A stretch of 64,000 nucleotides of DNA from an uncultured Flavobacteriales bacterium (GCA_905182785.1 CAJJDF010000034.1:20953-84952), one strand, 5' to 3'. Shown: positions 40,594 through 51,556, counted from the stretch's first letter. Numbers and translations are program-made. Notes: generated by a model from the sequence alone, not told the origin.

Positions 40594-41589
40594 ATGCTGA
40601 AAATTGGAGTTCTTGGAGCAGGCCATTTAGGAAAAATACACATAAACTGTATTCAACAGATATCTGACTACGAACTTGTTGGTTTTTATGATACAGATAA
40701 AACTGTCTCAAAAGAAGTCGAGAAAGCTTATGGAATAAAATCATTTGACAGCATTGAAGATTTAATAAAGTCTGTGGATGTTGTGGATATAGTAACTCCA
40801 ACTCTTTCTCATTTCGATTGTGCAAAGAAATCTATCATTGCATCCAAACATATTTTTATTGAGAAACCAATCACTAATACGACTGACGAAGCTAAAACTT
40901 TAATTAGTTTATCTGCTGAGGCAAATGTAAAAGTTCAGATTGGACACGTAGAGAGGTTTAATCCAGCTTTTTTATCCATTCAAGATAAAATAGAAAACCC
41001 AATGTTTGTTGAAAGTCACAGACTTGCTGAGTTTAATCCAAGAGGTACAGATGTTTCTGTGATTCATGATTTAATGATTCACGACATTGATATTATATTA
41101 AGTATTGTAAAATCTAATGTAAAAAGGATAAGTGCCAATGGGGTAGCAATTGTAAGTGAGACACCTGATATTGCAAATGCAAGAATAGAGTTTGATAATG
41201 GTTGTGTGGCAAACTTAACTGCCAGTAGAGTTTCTCTTAAAAACATGAGAAAAACTAGAATTTTTCAGAAAAATGCATACATCAGTGTTGATTTTTCTAA
41301 CAAAGATGCTGCCTTACTTCAAATGAAAAATGTAGAAGGAGATGCTGACCCTTTTTCTGTAATACTTGACTTGGGTAAAGAGAAAGGAAAAAAAGAAATA
41401 GTATTCGAAAAGCCAACTATCAAAGAAAACAATGCAATAAAAGATGAATTACAAGCTTTTGCTAATTCTATCAATAATAACACTCAACCACTTGTAACAG
41501 TAGAAGATGGGTATAACGCATTGAGAATAGCTTCAATTATAATAGAAAAGATGAAGTTTTCGGGAGATAAATTCTTGCCAAATTTGTAA
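40594..41589 (+). CDS. Gfo/Idh/MocA family NAD(P)-dependent oxidoreductase
   Basis: N-terminal Rossmann motif LKIGVLGAGHLGKIH, the EKP motif (IFIEKPI), and the C-terminal alpha/beta domain. Confidence 0.88.
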   Translation: MLKIGVLGAGHLGKIHINCIQQISDYELVGFYDTDKTVSKEVEKAYGIKSFDSIEDLIKSVDVVDIVTPTLSHFDCAKKSIIASKHIFIEKPITNTTDEAKTLISLSAEANVKVQIGHVERFNPAFLSIQDKIENPMFVESHRLAEFNPRGTDVSVIHDLMIHDIDIILSIVKSNVKRISANGVAIVSETPDIANARIEFDNGCVANLTASRVSLKNMRKTRIFQKNAYISVDFSNKDAALLQMKNVEGDADPFSVILDLGKEKGKKEIVFEKPTIKENNAIKDELQAFANSINNNTQPLVTVEDGYNALRIASIIIEKMKFSGDKFLPNL

Positions 41590-41672
41590 ACTTTAACACA
41601 CTATTTATTATAATTATTACGTTTATATTAAATTAGTGCTTTCTAAAGAATTTAACACTTGCCAAACCATTT

Positions 41673-42527
41673 ATGAAAAATTATTTTCTAGTTATTTTTG
41701 CCTTGTTAATTACGGTTTCTTCTTGTAAACTATACGATCCAGAAGAGATTATTCCTTCTTATATTTATATTGATGATATTGTTGTAAGTGCAAAAACAAA
41801 CGAAGGTACAAGTATTGATAATATTATAGATGCTTGGGTTTATGTAGATGGATCACTTATTGGCGTATATGAATTGCCAAGCAAAGTTCCGATTCATGTA
41901 GAAGGGAATTACAACTTACAAGTTTATGGGGGAATAAAGAAAAGTGGTTCTTCCTCGGTAAGAAAAAGACACGATTTTTTCAATTCTTTTGAAACCACAC
42001 TTAATTCAATTCCTCAAAACATAGATACAATAACCCCAGTGATAGAATACGAATCAGGAATCACAATTTGGATAGAGGATTTTGAAGATCCAGGAATTAA
42101 ATTTTCAAGTTTATCTTACAGTGATACAAATATGAACATTACTCTTGATCCTTCAGAAGTATTGGAAGGAAATGGTTCCGGGAAAATAATTTTTGATGCC
42201 ACTCATCTATTATTTGAAGCTAAAACAAATGAATCACTTTTCAATTCATTTCCAAAAGCTGGAACTCCAGTATATTTAGAGTTTGATTATAAATCAACTG
42301 AAGTTTTAACCACAGGTATTTATCACAATAACACTTCTGCTGCAACTGCAAAAGAAGAGTATTATAATCTTAACCCGACTAATACGTGGAAAAAAGCGTA
42401 TTTAGAATTAACAGATGTTATTAGTCCTCAATTATCAGCAACAGTGTTTGATATTTATTTTGAGGTAGCTAAAGATAAGTCTTCACTTCCATTGGTCTAT
42501 ATCGATAATATTAAAGTTATTTTCTAA
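41673..42527 (+). CDS. Hypothetical lipoprotein
   Basis: Lipobox TVSSC. Beta-rich, with no recognised family. Its stop lies 6 nt before the sugar transferase start. Confidence 0.7.
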   Translation: MKNYFLVIFALLITVSSCKLYDPEEIIPSYIYIDDIVVSAKTNEGTSIDNIIDAWVYVDGSLIGVYELPSKVPIHVEGNYNLQVYGGIKKSGSSSVRKRHDFFNSFETTLNSIPQNIDTITPVIEYESGITIWIEDFEDPGIKFSSLSYSDTNMNITLDPSEVLEGNGSGKIIFDATHLLFEAKTNESLFNSFPKAGTPVYLEFDYKSTEVLTTGIYHNNTSAATAKEEYYNLNPTNTWKKAYLELTDVISPQLSATVFDIYFEVAKDKSSLPLVYIDNIKVIF

Positions 42528-42533
42528 TATAAC

Positions 42534-43931
42534 ATGAAAAAAAAGAGCTCGACAAAATATATATTTTTAGTTTTTGATTATTTATCAGCTTTATTGTCAT
42601 GGTCTGTATTTTTCTATTTTAGAAAAACACAGATAGAAAATATTCCTTTTGAATTTACCGAGCGTTTTTATCTTGGATTAATTATAATTCCTTTGCTTTG
42701 GGTAATTGCATATTGGTTGTTTGGGGCTTATGATAATGTGTATCGAAAACACAGGATGCAAGTATTCTCAAAAACATTAATTTTTTCATTTACAGGAGTT
42801 CTTTGTTTATTTTTTCTTTTTATATTGGATGATACAGTAACTGAATATTCAGATTATTACACTTCCTTTATTGTATTATTTTGTTTACATTTTATCCTCA
42901 CTTTATTAACTAGGTTTATCTTAACTACTAGTATAGTAAAGAACATTCATCAAAAAAAAATAGGCTTTAATACTATTATAATTGGTGGAAACGAGAAAGC
43001 TTTCGAAACGTTTAATGAAATAAATGACGGAAAAAACTACGGAGGAAATATTTTTAAAGGCTACATAAGAGTCAATGGGAAAGATACTATTCTCAAAGAA
43101 TACATTCCTGAATTAGGGACTTTACCGGATTTACATTTTGCAATCCAAAACAATGATATTGAAGAAATTATTATTGCGGTAGAATCAAACGAACATAAGA
43201 TTCTGGAGACTATAATTAATGAAATTGAAGGCTATGATCTTATCATAAAAATCATTCCAGACACATATGATATTCTTTCTAGTAGTGTAAAAACTAGCAG
43301 TATATTTGGAACTCCATTTATGGAGTTGAAAACAGATATCTTACCAAAATGGCAGAAAAGAATAAAAAGAGGAATAGATATTTTCCTTTCTATTATCGCC
43401 ATTCTTATTTTAATTCCAGCCTATATTGTCATACCGTTTTTAATTAAAAAAAGTTCTGAAGGGCCGGTTTTATTTAAGCAAATAAGAATCGGATTACACG
43501 GAGATGAATTTGAAATATATAAATTCAGAACTATGAAACTAAATTCTGAAAAAAATGGCCCACAGTTATCAAGTGAAAATGATCCAAGAATCACTAAAAT
43601 TGGTAAATTTTTAAGAAAAACAAGGTTAGATGAAATTCCACAGTTCATAAATGTATTAAAAGGAGAAATGTCCTTAGTTGGTCCGAGGCCAGAAAGACAA
43701 TTTTTTATTGATAAAATAATTTCAGAAGCTCCTCATTATAAACATTTACATAAAGTACAGCCTGGAATTACATCTTGGGGACAAGTGAAATATGGGTATG
43801 CCGAAAACGTAAATGAAATGGTTCAGAGGCTAAAATATGATATGCTTTATATCAAGAATCAATCTCTCTCTCTTGATTTCAAAATTTTATTATACACGGT
43901 AATTATTGTACTGAAAAGAAAAGGTAAATAA
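42534..43931 (+). CDS. Polyprenyl-phosphate glycosyl-1-phosphate transferase (WbaP/EpsB-type bacterial sugar transferase)
   Basis: Four N-terminal transmembrane helices and a C-terminal Bac_transf domain (KFRTM...DPRITKIGKFLRKTRLDEIPQFINVLKGEMSLVGPRP). Confidence 0.9.
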   Translation: MKKKSSTKYIFLVFDYLSALLSWSVFFYFRKTQIENIPFEFTERFYLGLIIIPLLWVIAYWLFGAYDNVYRKHRMQVFSKTLIFSFTGVLCLFFLFILDDTVTEYSDYYTSFIVLFCLHFILTLLTRFILTTSIVKNIHQKKIGFNTIIIGGNEKAFETFNEINDGKNYGGNIFKGYIRVNGKDTILKEYIPELGTLPDLHFAIQNNDIEEIIIAVESNEHKILETIINEIEGYDLIIKIIPDTYDILSSSVKTSSIFGTPFMELKTDILPKWQKRIKRGIDIFLSIIAILILIPAYIVIPFLIKKSSEGPVLFKQIRIGLHGDEFEIYKFRTMKLNSEKNGPQLSSENDPRITKIGKFLRKTRLDEIPQFINVLKGEMSLVGPRPERQFFIDKIISEAPHYKHLHKVQPGITSWGQVKYGYAENVNEMVQRLKYDMLYIKNQSLSLDFKILLYTVIIVLKRKGK

Positions 43932-43979
43932 GACCTATTTACCAACCGTTAACTAGATTCTAAATAATTAATACTGCAG

Positions 43980-44279
43980 TTAATTCAAAAATTCTTGAAT
44001 TTCACCTATCAATTGATCTGAGGATAAAACTCCCGATTTTCTCCAAATAACTTTCCCTTTTTTAAATAAAATTAAAGTAGGAACTCCTCTTACATTAAAT
44101 TTACCTGCAGCATCTTGATTTTTATCTACATCAATTTTTACAATAGTAATTTTATCTTCGAGCTTACTTTTTGTTTCTATTAAGACTGGGGACATTGTTT
44201 TACAAGGACCACACCAAGTAGCAAAAAAATCTGCTAAGACTGGCTTTTCGCCATTTATTAATTTAATAAAATTTCCCAT
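43980..44279 (-). CDS. trxA: Thioredoxin
   Basis: WCGPC active site and thioredoxin length when started at MGNFIKL (44279). The ORF also allows an ATG at 44309. Confidence 0.9.
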   Translation of the reverse strand: MGNFIKLINGEKPVLADFFATWCGPCKTMSPVLIETKSKLEDKITIVKIDVDKNQDAAGKFNVRGVPTLILFKKGKVIWRKSGVLSSDQLIGEIQEFLN

Positions 44280-44316
44280 AATTAGTATGTAATTTTTCCA
44301 ACCATACAATTGACAT

Positions 44317-44349
44317 AAAAAAACACCAACTTAAATTCATAAGTTGGTG
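44317..44349 (-). terminator. Rho-independent terminator after the Lys/Cys-rich small gene
   Basis: Stem CACCAACTTA (44324-33) pairs with TAAGTTGGTG (44340-49). The A7 run on the plus strand gives a U7 run on the minus strand. Confidence 0.75.
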
Positions 44350-44372
44350 ATAAAATATTAAATATTTATATA

Positions 44373-44720
44373 CTAGTTAGCTTTAATCTCTGTCGCTTTA
44401 TTTTCCATTGTTGCTTCCTTTACTTTCATCTTTGATTTACAACAAGCTTTTTTTCCTTTAGTACAAGATTTTCCTGTAGTTACTTTTGCTTCTTGCTTAG
44501 TTCCTTTTACATCAGATGATTTAGATGAAGAACATTTTTTAGCACAAGATTTTTTAGAATTAGATTTTACACATGTTTTTTTAGAGTCTTTTTCACATTT
44601 GTGAGCTACTTCTAAAGCTTCTGTTTTGTTTGCATCTATTGCAGCAGTTTGAGAAATTCCATTGAAAGAAATAGCTATTGCTGCAACCGATAAACCTAGT
44701 GTTAAAAGTATTTTTTTCAT
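44373..44720 (-). CDS. Small secreted Lys/Ser/Cys-rich protein, function unknown
   Basis: Signal peptide, then a low-complexity mature region with 7 Cys in K-rich contexts (KSCAKKC, KKACCKSK). Confidence 0.6.
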   Translation of the reverse strand: MKKILLTLGLSVAAIAISFNGISQTAAIDANKTEALEVAHKCEKDSKKTCVKSNSKKSCAKKCSSSKSSDVKGTKQEAKVTTGKSCTKGKKACCKSKMKVKEATMENKATEIKAN

Positions 44721-44790
44721 TTTTTTTTGTATTTAAATTAATTTATATCCAAATATAGACAATAATTGTTCCACAAATATTTAATTTTTG

Positions 44791-45444
44791 TTAAAATTCT
44801 GCTATTGTTGATAATGATCCTTGAGTTTTATCTCCAATCTTAGCAATAATTTTGGAGTCTAGTGGTAAAAATAAGTCGATTCTTGAACCAAATTTAATAA
44901 ATCCAAACTCTTGGCCTTGATCACAATCTTGCCCCTCTTCCGAATAAGTAACTATTCTTCTTGCAACTGCTCCTGCAATTTGTCTTACCAATATCTCTAT
45001 ACCTTTTTCATTTTCTAGAACTAAAGTACTTCTTTCATTCAAGGTAGATGATTTTGGATGCCAAGCTACCAAGTATTTTCCTGGATGATATTTATAGTAC
45101 TTTACCTTTCCTTTTATTGGATACCATTGTGCGTGAACATTAAGAGGTGACATAAAAATAGAGACTTGTATTCTTTCGTCATTAAAATATTCGGGTTCGT
45201 GTACTTTTTCAATAATAACTACTTTTCCATCAGATGGAGCGATAATTTTATTTATATCCATTACTGGAGTTCTTGGTGGCATTCTAAAGAACCAAATAAT
45301 AAGAAAGAACAAAACACCTCCCATTAGTCCTAGGATTGTTACAATCCATTGTATTGGAATAAGATAATCTAAAATCCATAACAAACCAGCAATAATAAGA
45401 GCTGAAACCAAAATAATGATATATCCTTCTTTGTTTATCTTCAT
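44791..45444 (-). CDS. psd: Phosphatidylserine decarboxylase proenzyme
   Basis: Short-form Psd with an N-terminal transmembrane pair and the FGSR self-cleavage motif near the C-terminus. Confidence 0.9.
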   Translation of the reverse strand: MKINKEGYIIILVSALIIAGLLWILDYLIPIQWIVTILGLMGGVLFFLIIWFFRMPPRTPVMDINKIIAPSDGKVVIIEKVHEPEYFNDERIQVSIFMSPLNVHAQWYPIKGKVKYYKYHPGKYLVAWHPKSSTLNERSTLVLENEKGIEILVRQIAGAVARRIVTYSEEGQDCDQGQEFGFIKFGSRIDLFLPLDSKIIAKIGDKTQGSLSTIAEF

Positions 45445-45448
45445 GGTA

Positions 45449-46297
45449 TTATATAAATAATAGATAAGTTAATATGATTGGGGAACTAAAAAATATACCG
45501 TCAAATCTATCTAAAACTCCTCCGTGTCCTGGCAATAAACTTCCAGAATCTTTTACTCCTCCACTTCTTTTTAATAAGGACTCACTTAAATCTCCTAGCA
45601 TTCCAAAAACACTAATTATTAGTGACATAACTATCCAATGTAAAGATGCATTAATAGTTGAATCGGCTTGAACATCTTTGGTCACTAAAGAATAGATATA
45701 TCCTGCAATAACTGCAAAAAAAACACCCCCTATAAATCCTTCCCAAGTTTTTCCTGGCGATATTCTAGGAAATAATTTATGCTTCCCGAATTTTCTTCCA
45801 ACCAAATATGCCATAGAGTCACTTGTCCAAAGAATGATAAAAAATCCTGTCAATAAACTCCAATTTCCTGACAAACCAATTTTTGAATAAAATTCTTCGT
45901 TAAATGAAATGTAATTTAAAGCTGCAAATGGTAAAGTAATGTATAGAATCCCAAATAAAGTACTGCTTATATTTTGATAAGGAATGGTATCCTTCATGAA
46001 TAATTCTTGAACTACAAGAATTAACAGTAACGGAACTATTAAAAACAAAAAACGATAATCAATAATTTCTATAAACGCCAAAGTAAGGAGCGAGTAAACT
46101 ACTACATTAACAAAAGGACCATACTTTGTATTATTGGATAATTCTTTTTTATTAAGAATTTGATAAAATTCTACCGTACCTAAGGTAGAAAAAACCAAAA
46201 ACAATAATCCAGCACTGTACTTATTCCATGAAATACACAGAATAATGGTGGCTACAAATAGCACACCCGTAATTGATCTTAATACTAAGTTACTCAA
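45449..46297 (-). CDS. cdsA: Phosphatidate cytidylyltransferase
   Basis: Polytopic membrane protein with the CTP_transf_1 signature SLLKRSGGVKDSGSLLPGHGGVLDRFD. Confidence 0.9.
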   Translation of the reverse strand: MSNLVLRSITGVLFVATIILCISWNKYSAGLLFLVFSTLGTVEFYQILNKKELSNNTKYGPFVNVVVYSLLTLAFIEIIDYRFLFLIVPLLLILVVQELFMKDTIPYQNISSTLFGILYITLPFAALNYISFNEEFYSKIGLSGNWSLLTGFFIILWTSDSMAYLVGRKFGKHKLFPRISPGKTWEGFIGGVFFAVIAGYIYSLVTKDVQADSTINASLHWIVMSLIISVFGMLGDLSESLLKRSGGVKDSGSLLPGHGGVLDRFDGIFFSSPIILTYLLFI

Positions 46298-46319
46298 TAG
46301 TTTTTTTAGTTAAAGTTGG

Positions 46320-48350
46320 TTATTCTTCTTCCTTATTCTCTTCTTTCTCTTCTTCTACTGTATTTTCCTCTTTTATTTCGTCTACTTCTTTAGCTTTTTT
46401 CTCTAATGAAGCTAAAGGCTCTTCTTTTTTAAAAGGTCTTTCTCCTAAAACTTTCTCTAAATCCGCTTTAAATATCACTTCTTTTTCAAGTAGTAATTCT
46501 GCAATTTGAGCTAATTTATCTTTGTTTTTGGTTAGTATCTTTTGAGCTCTCGTATATTGGGATTCGATCAATTTACTTACTTCTTCGTCTATAGTTTGTG
46601 CTGTACTCTCACTGTAAGGTTTTGTGAATCCATTATCTTGAGAATTATAGAAACTGATGTTTCCTAATTTTTCATTCAAGCCATAAACACTTACCATAGC
46701 ATAAGCTTGTTTAGTAGCTTTTTCTAAGTCACTTAATGCTCCTGTAGAAATCTCACCAAATATCACTTTCTCTGCAGCTCTTCCTCCCATTGTGGCACAC
46801 ATTTCATCTAACATGTGATTAGTTGTAGTTAATTGTCTTTCTTCTGGTAAATACCATGCAGCTCCAAGACTTTTTCCTCTAGGTACAATAGTCACCTTAA
46901 TGAGTGGCGAAGCAAATTCTGTCAACCAACTTACTGTTGCGTGACCTGCTTCGTGGTAAGCTATTTTTTCTTTTTCTGATTGTGTAATTAACTTGTTTTT
47001 CTTTTCCAATCCACCAATCAATCTATCTACAGCATCAAGAAAATCTTGTTTTTCTACTACATTTTTCTTCTTACGAGCTGCTATTAAAGCAGCTTCGTTA
47101 CATAAATTTGCAATGTCTGCTCCAGAAAATCCAGGAGTTTGTTTTGCCATAAACTCAATATCAAATCCTTTTTCAAGTTTCAATGGTTTCAAATGAACTT
47201 CAAAAATCTCTCTTCTTTCATTTAAGTCAGGCATGTCTACATGAATTTGCCTATCAAATCTTCCTGCTCTCATCAAGGCTTTATCCAAGATGTCAGCTCT
47301 GTTTGTTGCAGCCAAAATAATTACTCCACTGTTAGTTCCAAAACCATCCATTTCTGTCAATAATTGATTCAGAGTATTTTCTCTTTCGTCATTACTTCCC
47401 ATGTTAGGATTGTTTCCCCTTGCTTTTCCTATTGCATCAATTTCATCAATAAATATAATACAAGGCGCTTTTTCTTTTGCTTGTTTAAATAAATCTCTAA
47501 CTCTAGAAGCTCCAACTCCTACGAACATCTCAACGAAATCAGACCCTGACATAGAAAAGAAAGGTACTTTTGCTTCCCCTGCTACAGCTTTTGCCAATAA
47601 TGTTTTTCCTGTTCCAGGTAAGCCAACTAATAAGGCTCCTTTTGGAATTTTTGCTCCCAATGCAGTATATTTCTTAGGATTTTTAAGAAAATCTACTATT
47701 TCTTGTATCTCTTCTTTCGCTCCTTCTAATCCTGCAACATCTTTAAATGATACATCTACGTTCTTTCCTTTTTCGAATAATTTAGCTTTAGATTTTCCAA
47801 TATTAAATATTTGACCTCCTCCACCACCTCCTCCAGATCCGCCACCTGACATTCTTCTCATAATGAAAAACCACAAGGCAATTATTCCAACAAAGAACAA
47901 TAAACTAGTTAACCAACTATAATCTTCTTGCATACCAAATGCTATGTTAAATTGCTTATCTATAGGTAACTTATCATTTATTTCTTTAAGTTCCTTATAG
48001 AATTCCTCGTTTGGCGGTGCGTTAAAAGTATAATTTACACTTGATTTATTGAATATACTTTGACTTCTAAACTTACTATATTCTTCATTGTTGTTGATAG
48101 CATCACGTTTCAAATTAACCTCTGCTAAACCAGTATTTTTAACGTAAGTAATTGTTTCTACATGACCTTTCTCAGCCATTTCTTGAAATTTACTAAAATT
48201 TATTTCTCTATTTCCTGAAGGTGCATTGCCAAATAAGCTAAATCCTATGATAGCTGCAATTGCAATTCCGTAAATCCAATAAAAATTGAATTTTGGCATT
48301 CCTGACTTTGCATTTTTTTTATTTGAAGTTGGTTTTTTTTTATCTGCCAT
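46320..48350 (-). CDS. ftsH: ATP-dependent zinc metalloprotease FtsH
   Basis: Two transmembrane helices, AAA+ Walker A GLPGTGKT, Walker B IIFIDEID, the SRH, and the HEAGH zinc site. Confidence 0.97.
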   Translation of the reverse strand: MADKKKPTSNKKNAKSGMPKFNFYWIYGIAIAAIIGFSLFGNAPSGNREINFSKFQEMAEKGHVETITYVKNTGLAEVNLKRDAINNNEEYSKFRSQSIFNKSSVNYTFNAPPNEEFYKELKEINDKLPIDKQFNIAFGMQEDYSWLTSLLFFVGIIALWFFIMRRMSGGGSGGGGGGGQIFNIGKSKAKLFEKGKNVDVSFKDVAGLEGAKEEIQEIVDFLKNPKKYTALGAKIPKGALLVGLPGTGKTLLAKAVAGEAKVPFFSMSGSDFVEMFVGVGASRVRDLFKQAKEKAPCIIFIDEIDAIGKARGNNPNMGSNDERENTLNQLLTEMDGFGTNSGVIILAATNRADILDKALMRAGRFDRQIHVDMPDLNERREIFEVHLKPLKLEKGFDIEFMAKQTPGFSGADIANLCNEAALIAARKKKNVVEKQDFLDAVDRLIGGLEKKNKLITQSEKEKIAYHEAGHATVSWLTEFASPLIKVTIVPRGKSLGAAWYLPEERQLTTTNHMLDEMCATMGGRAAEKVIFGEISTGALSDLEKATKQAYAMVSVYGLNEKLGNISFYNSQDNGFTKPYSESTAQTIDEEVSKLIESQYTRAQKILTKNKDKLAQIAELLLEKEVIFKADLEKVLGERPFKKEEPLASLEKKAKEVDEIKEENTVEEEKEENKEEE

Positions 48351-48357
48351 ATTTTTC

Positions 48358-48726
48358 TTAGTCTTCTATATTTATAATTTTCGCATCAGCCCAAAGTCCT
48401 TCTATGTCATAATGATCTCTTGTTTCTTTATAGAAAACATGAACCATTACATCAATATAATCCATTAGTATCCAAAGCGAATTATCTGATCCTTCTTTGT
48501 GTAATGGCTTTTCTTGAAGTTGTTCTGAGGTAACTTTTTCTACCGATTTTGCTATTGAATCTACTTGCGTAGTTGATTCTCCGTGACAAACTACAAAATA
48601 GCTAGTAACTGAATTATGAATTTCCCTTAAGTCTACAACTCTTATGTCATGTGCCTTAATATCTTGCATTCCTTCTACTATACTATCTACAAGTTGCTTG
48701 GTATACGTTTCTGATTGTTTATTCAT
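48358..48726 (-). CDS. rsfS: Ribosome silencing factor
   Basis: Size and the pattern DYFVVCHGESTTQV...WILMDYIDVMVHVF are typical of RsfS/Iojap. Confidence 0.88.
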   Translation of the reverse strand: MNKQSETYTKQLVDSIVEGMQDIKAHDIRVVDLREIHNSVTSYFVVCHGESTTQVDSIAKSVEKVTSEQLQEKPLHKEGSDNSLWILMDYIDVMVHVFYKETRDHYDIEGLWADAKIINIED

Positions 48727-48842
48727 TGATTTTTTTTACGAGTTGTAAACTTACTACATTTTTTTATGTTGTGCATTTAAGATTTTTCTTTTTTATCATC
48801 TATTTTTCATTAAATGATTTTAAATTAGCGCAAACAAAAAGA

Positions 48843-49625
48843 ATGGAGGCTAACTTATTTATTGGAAAAAAAGTAATTGAACTTAAATCTGTTGATTCTA
48901 CTAACAATTATCTATCCAAATACATAAATGAGACAAATGTGTTAAATGGCTCTGTTATTTTGGCACATAATCAGACAAAAGGCCGTGGACAAAGAGAAAA
49001 TCACTGGGAAAGTGAGGCTGGGAAGAATTTAACTTTCAGTATTTACCTCAAAACTAATTTTATTTTTGTTCATAATAATTTTTTATTGAGTATGGCTGTT
49101 TGCAATGCTTTACACGAATTGGTGTCGCAACAGTGTAAGAATACACAAATAAAATGGCCGAATGACCTCTTTGTTTCTGGTAAAAAAATTGCAGGTATTT
49201 TAATTGAAAATACACTTAAAGGAGCTAGCTTAAATTATTCTATTATAGGGATAGGATTAAACGTAAACCAAGGTATTTTTATTGAAAATAATAACGCTAC
49301 TTCCATTTTTTTAGAGTCTAATAATGAATTAGATATATCAACTTTATTAAATCAATTTTATAAGTTATTGGAAGTGCAAATACGTAGACTAGAATTGAAT
49401 AAATTAGAAGAAATAAAAGGGTATTACTTCTCAAAACTTATTGGTTACCAAATCGAATTAGATTACTTGATTGTAAAAGAAAACAGGCAGGTTAAAGGCG
49501 AAATAATTGAGGTGAAAAATAATGGTTTTTTGGTCATGAAAATTAACCAAGAAGAGATTAGAGAATTTGAAATGAAAGAAATTAAGTTAGTCAATTCATT
49601 TAATAAAAAAATCCCCAACTGCTAA
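48843..49625 (+). CDS. birA: Biotin--[acetyl-CoA-carboxylase] ligase (group I, no HTH)
   Basis: GRGQRENHW (GRGRxGRxW-type) biotin-binding loop and KWPNDL. The start is taken at MEANLF (48843). The upstream 39 codons are hydrophobic and low-complexity, and overlap the rsfS start region. Confidence 0.85.
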   Translation: MEANLFIGKKVIELKSVDSTNNYLSKYINETNVLNGSVILAHNQTKGRGQRENHWESEAGKNLTFSIYLKTNFIFVHNNFLLSMAVCNALHELVSQQCKNTQIKWPNDLFVSGKKIAGILIENTLKGASLNYSIIGIGLNVNQGIFIENNNATSIFLESNNELDISTLLNQFYKLLEVQIRRLELNKLEEIKGYYFSKLIGYQIELDYLIVKENRQVKGEIIEVKNNGFLVMKINQEEIREFEMKEIKLVNSFNKKIPNC

Positions 49626-49664
49626 TTGCAATTGAGGATTAAAATTAAAATTTATTTTATTGAT

Positions 49665-51053
49665 TTACAAGTGAATTACTTCACCGTAAGCAGCCGCTGC
49701 CGCTTCCATTATAGCTTCACTCATTGTTGGGTGAGGATGTACAGTTTTAATGATATCATGACCTGTCGTTTCTAACTTTCTTAATGCTACCAGTTCTGCA
49801 ACCATTTCGGTTACGTTACTTCCAATCATGTGACCTCCTAATAATTCTCCGTATTTGGCATCAAAAATAAGCTTTACAAAACCATCTTTATGTCCTGCTG
49901 CACTTGCTTTACCAGAGGCAGAAAATGGAAATTTACCAACTTTAATTTCGTATCCAGCTTCTAATGCTTGTGTTTCTGTCATACCTACAGAAGAAACTTC
50001 TGGTGAACAGTAAGTACAACCAGGGATATTTCCGTAATCAAGAGCGTCAGGGTTTTTACCTGCAATTCCTTCTACACAAATAATTCCTTCAGCTGATGCT
50101 ACGTGAGCTAAGGCTGCTCCTGGAGTACAATCTCCTATTGCATAATATCCTGGGATATTAGTTTGGTAATTCTCACTGACCAAAATCTTTCCTTTGTCAG
50201 TTGCAATTCCTACTCCTTCCAATCCAATATTTTCTATGTTAGAAATAATTCCAACAGCAGAAAGAACAACATCACATTCTATTTTTTCTTCTCCTTTTTT
50301 AGTTTTTATCGTTACGGAACAACCATTAGCAGTAACATCAACCTTTTCTACAGAAGAATTTGTCATTACTTTAATTCCTTGCTTCTTGAAACTTTTTTCT
50401 AGTTGTTTAGAAACGTCAATGTCTTCTACAGGAACAATGTTTGGCATGTATTCAACCACAGTAACTTCTGTTCCCATTGCATTATAAAAATAAGCGAACT
50501 CCACTCCAATTGCTCCAGAACCAACTACTACCAATCTCTTTGGCTGTTTTGGTAAAGTCATTGCGTCTCTGTATCCAATAATGTTTTTACCGTCTTGAGG
50601 TAAGTTGGGCAATTGTCTAGATCTTGCTCCTGTTGCAATAATTATACTCGTGGCAGAATATTCTGTAGTAGCTCCTTTTGAATCAGTTACAGCTATTTTT
50701 TTACCTGGCATAACTGTCCCAGCTCCTTCAATTACATCAATTTTATTCTTTTTCATCAAGAATTTCACTCCTCCACTCATTCCTTCTGCTACTCCTCTAC
50801 TTCTTTTTACTATTGCATCAAAATCATGTTTTGCTTCTTTTACAGTAATTCCGTAATCTGCTGCATGGTTGATGTATTCAAAAACATTTGCACTTTTTAG
50901 TAATGCCTTTGTTGGGATACATCCCCAGTTAAGACAAATTCCACCTAAACTTTCTTTTTCTATTACAGCAACTTTTAGACCTAATTGTGAAGCTCTTATA
51001 GCTGCAACATATCCTCCTGGTCCAGTTCCTAATATTAATACGTCATAATTCAT
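49665..51053 (-). CDS. lpdA: Dihydrolipoyl dehydrogenase
   Basis: FAD motif GTGPGGY, redox-active disulfide GGICLNWGCIPTK, NAD-binding motif, and the HPHPT dimerisation/His-Glu region. Confidence 0.95.
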   Translation of the reverse strand: MNYDVLILGTGPGGYVAAIRASQLGLKVAVIEKESLGGICLNWGCIPTKALLKSANVFEYINHAADYGITVKEAKHDFDAIVKRSRGVAEGMSGGVKFLMKKNKIDVIEGAGTVMPGKKIAVTDSKGATTEYSATSIIIATGARSRQLPNLPQDGKNIIGYRDAMTLPKQPKRLVVVGSGAIGVEFAYFYNAMGTEVTVVEYMPNIVPVEDIDVSKQLEKSFKKQGIKVMTNSSVEKVDVTANGCSVTIKTKKGEEKIECDVVLSAVGIISNIENIGLEGVGIATDKGKILVSENYQTNIPGYYAIGDCTPGAALAHVASAEGIICVEGIAGKNPDALDYGNIPGCTYCSPEVSSVGMTETQALEAGYEIKVGKFPFSASGKASAAGHKDGFVKLIFDAKYGELLGGHMIGSNVTEMVAELVALRKLETTGHDIIKTVHPHPTMSEAIMEAAAAAYGEVIHL

Positions 51054-51130
51054 GTGTGTTCTATTTTAGATTGTGTTTGCTAAATTAATAAATCTGTTAT
51101 TAATACGTGTAAGGATTTAGAAGTAATTAT

Positions 51131-51553
51131 TTAAAATTCTCGCTTATCTATCTTTTTTCTTGATTTCTTGATTTCACCTTTCTGTTTCTTAGTCTTAATT
51201 CTTTTTTCCTTAACCGACCTAGGAACTCTTGATTTTTTCCTTAGCTTATCCACTTTAAAAGCTTCTTCTAAAATACTTTTAAGTTTATAAATCGATTTCT
51301 TTTTGTTCTTGATTTGAGAACGATTTTCTTCTGTAGAGATTCGAATTAAATTGCCAGAAATGTATGTTTTCACTTTACTTACAATCAATTCTTTTTCCTT
51401 CTCAGAAATCAAATTAGAATCAGTAAAACTCCAAACCAAAGTAACTCGTGATTCAGTTTTATTCACGTGCTGACCTCCTTTCCCACTACTTCGTGATGTT
51501 TCGAAAACAAGTTCTTTTTTAATTTCTTCTATAAGAAGGAATATATTTTTCAT
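51131..51553 (-). CDS. arfB: Alternative ribosome-rescue factor / peptidyl-tRNA hydrolase ArfB
   Basis: RF-1 domain with GGQ (SGKGGQHVNKTES) and a basic C-terminal tail, 140 aa in total. Confidence 0.88.
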   Translation of the reverse strand: MKNIFLLIEEIKKELVFETSRSSGKGGQHVNKTESRVTLVWSFTDSNLISEKEKELIVSKVKTYISGNLIRISTEENRSQIKNKKKSIYKLKSILEEAFKVDKLRKKSRVPRSVKEKRIKTKKQKGEIKKSRKKIDKREF

Positions 51554-51556
51554 AAT

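Noticed and set aside
47814-47849. A GC-rich CCTCC/CCACC-type repeat stretch inside ftsH.
   Set aside because: It encodes the Gly-rich linker ([13 protein letters not shown]) of FtsH after the second transmembrane helix, so coding constraints explain it. It is not a repeat element.
48726-48842. A 39-codon N-terminal extension of the birA ORF.
   Set aside because: The extension is hydrophobic and low-complexity, starts at the very base where divergent rsfS begins, and is absent from the BirA fold. The ATG at 48843 gives a normal N-terminus.
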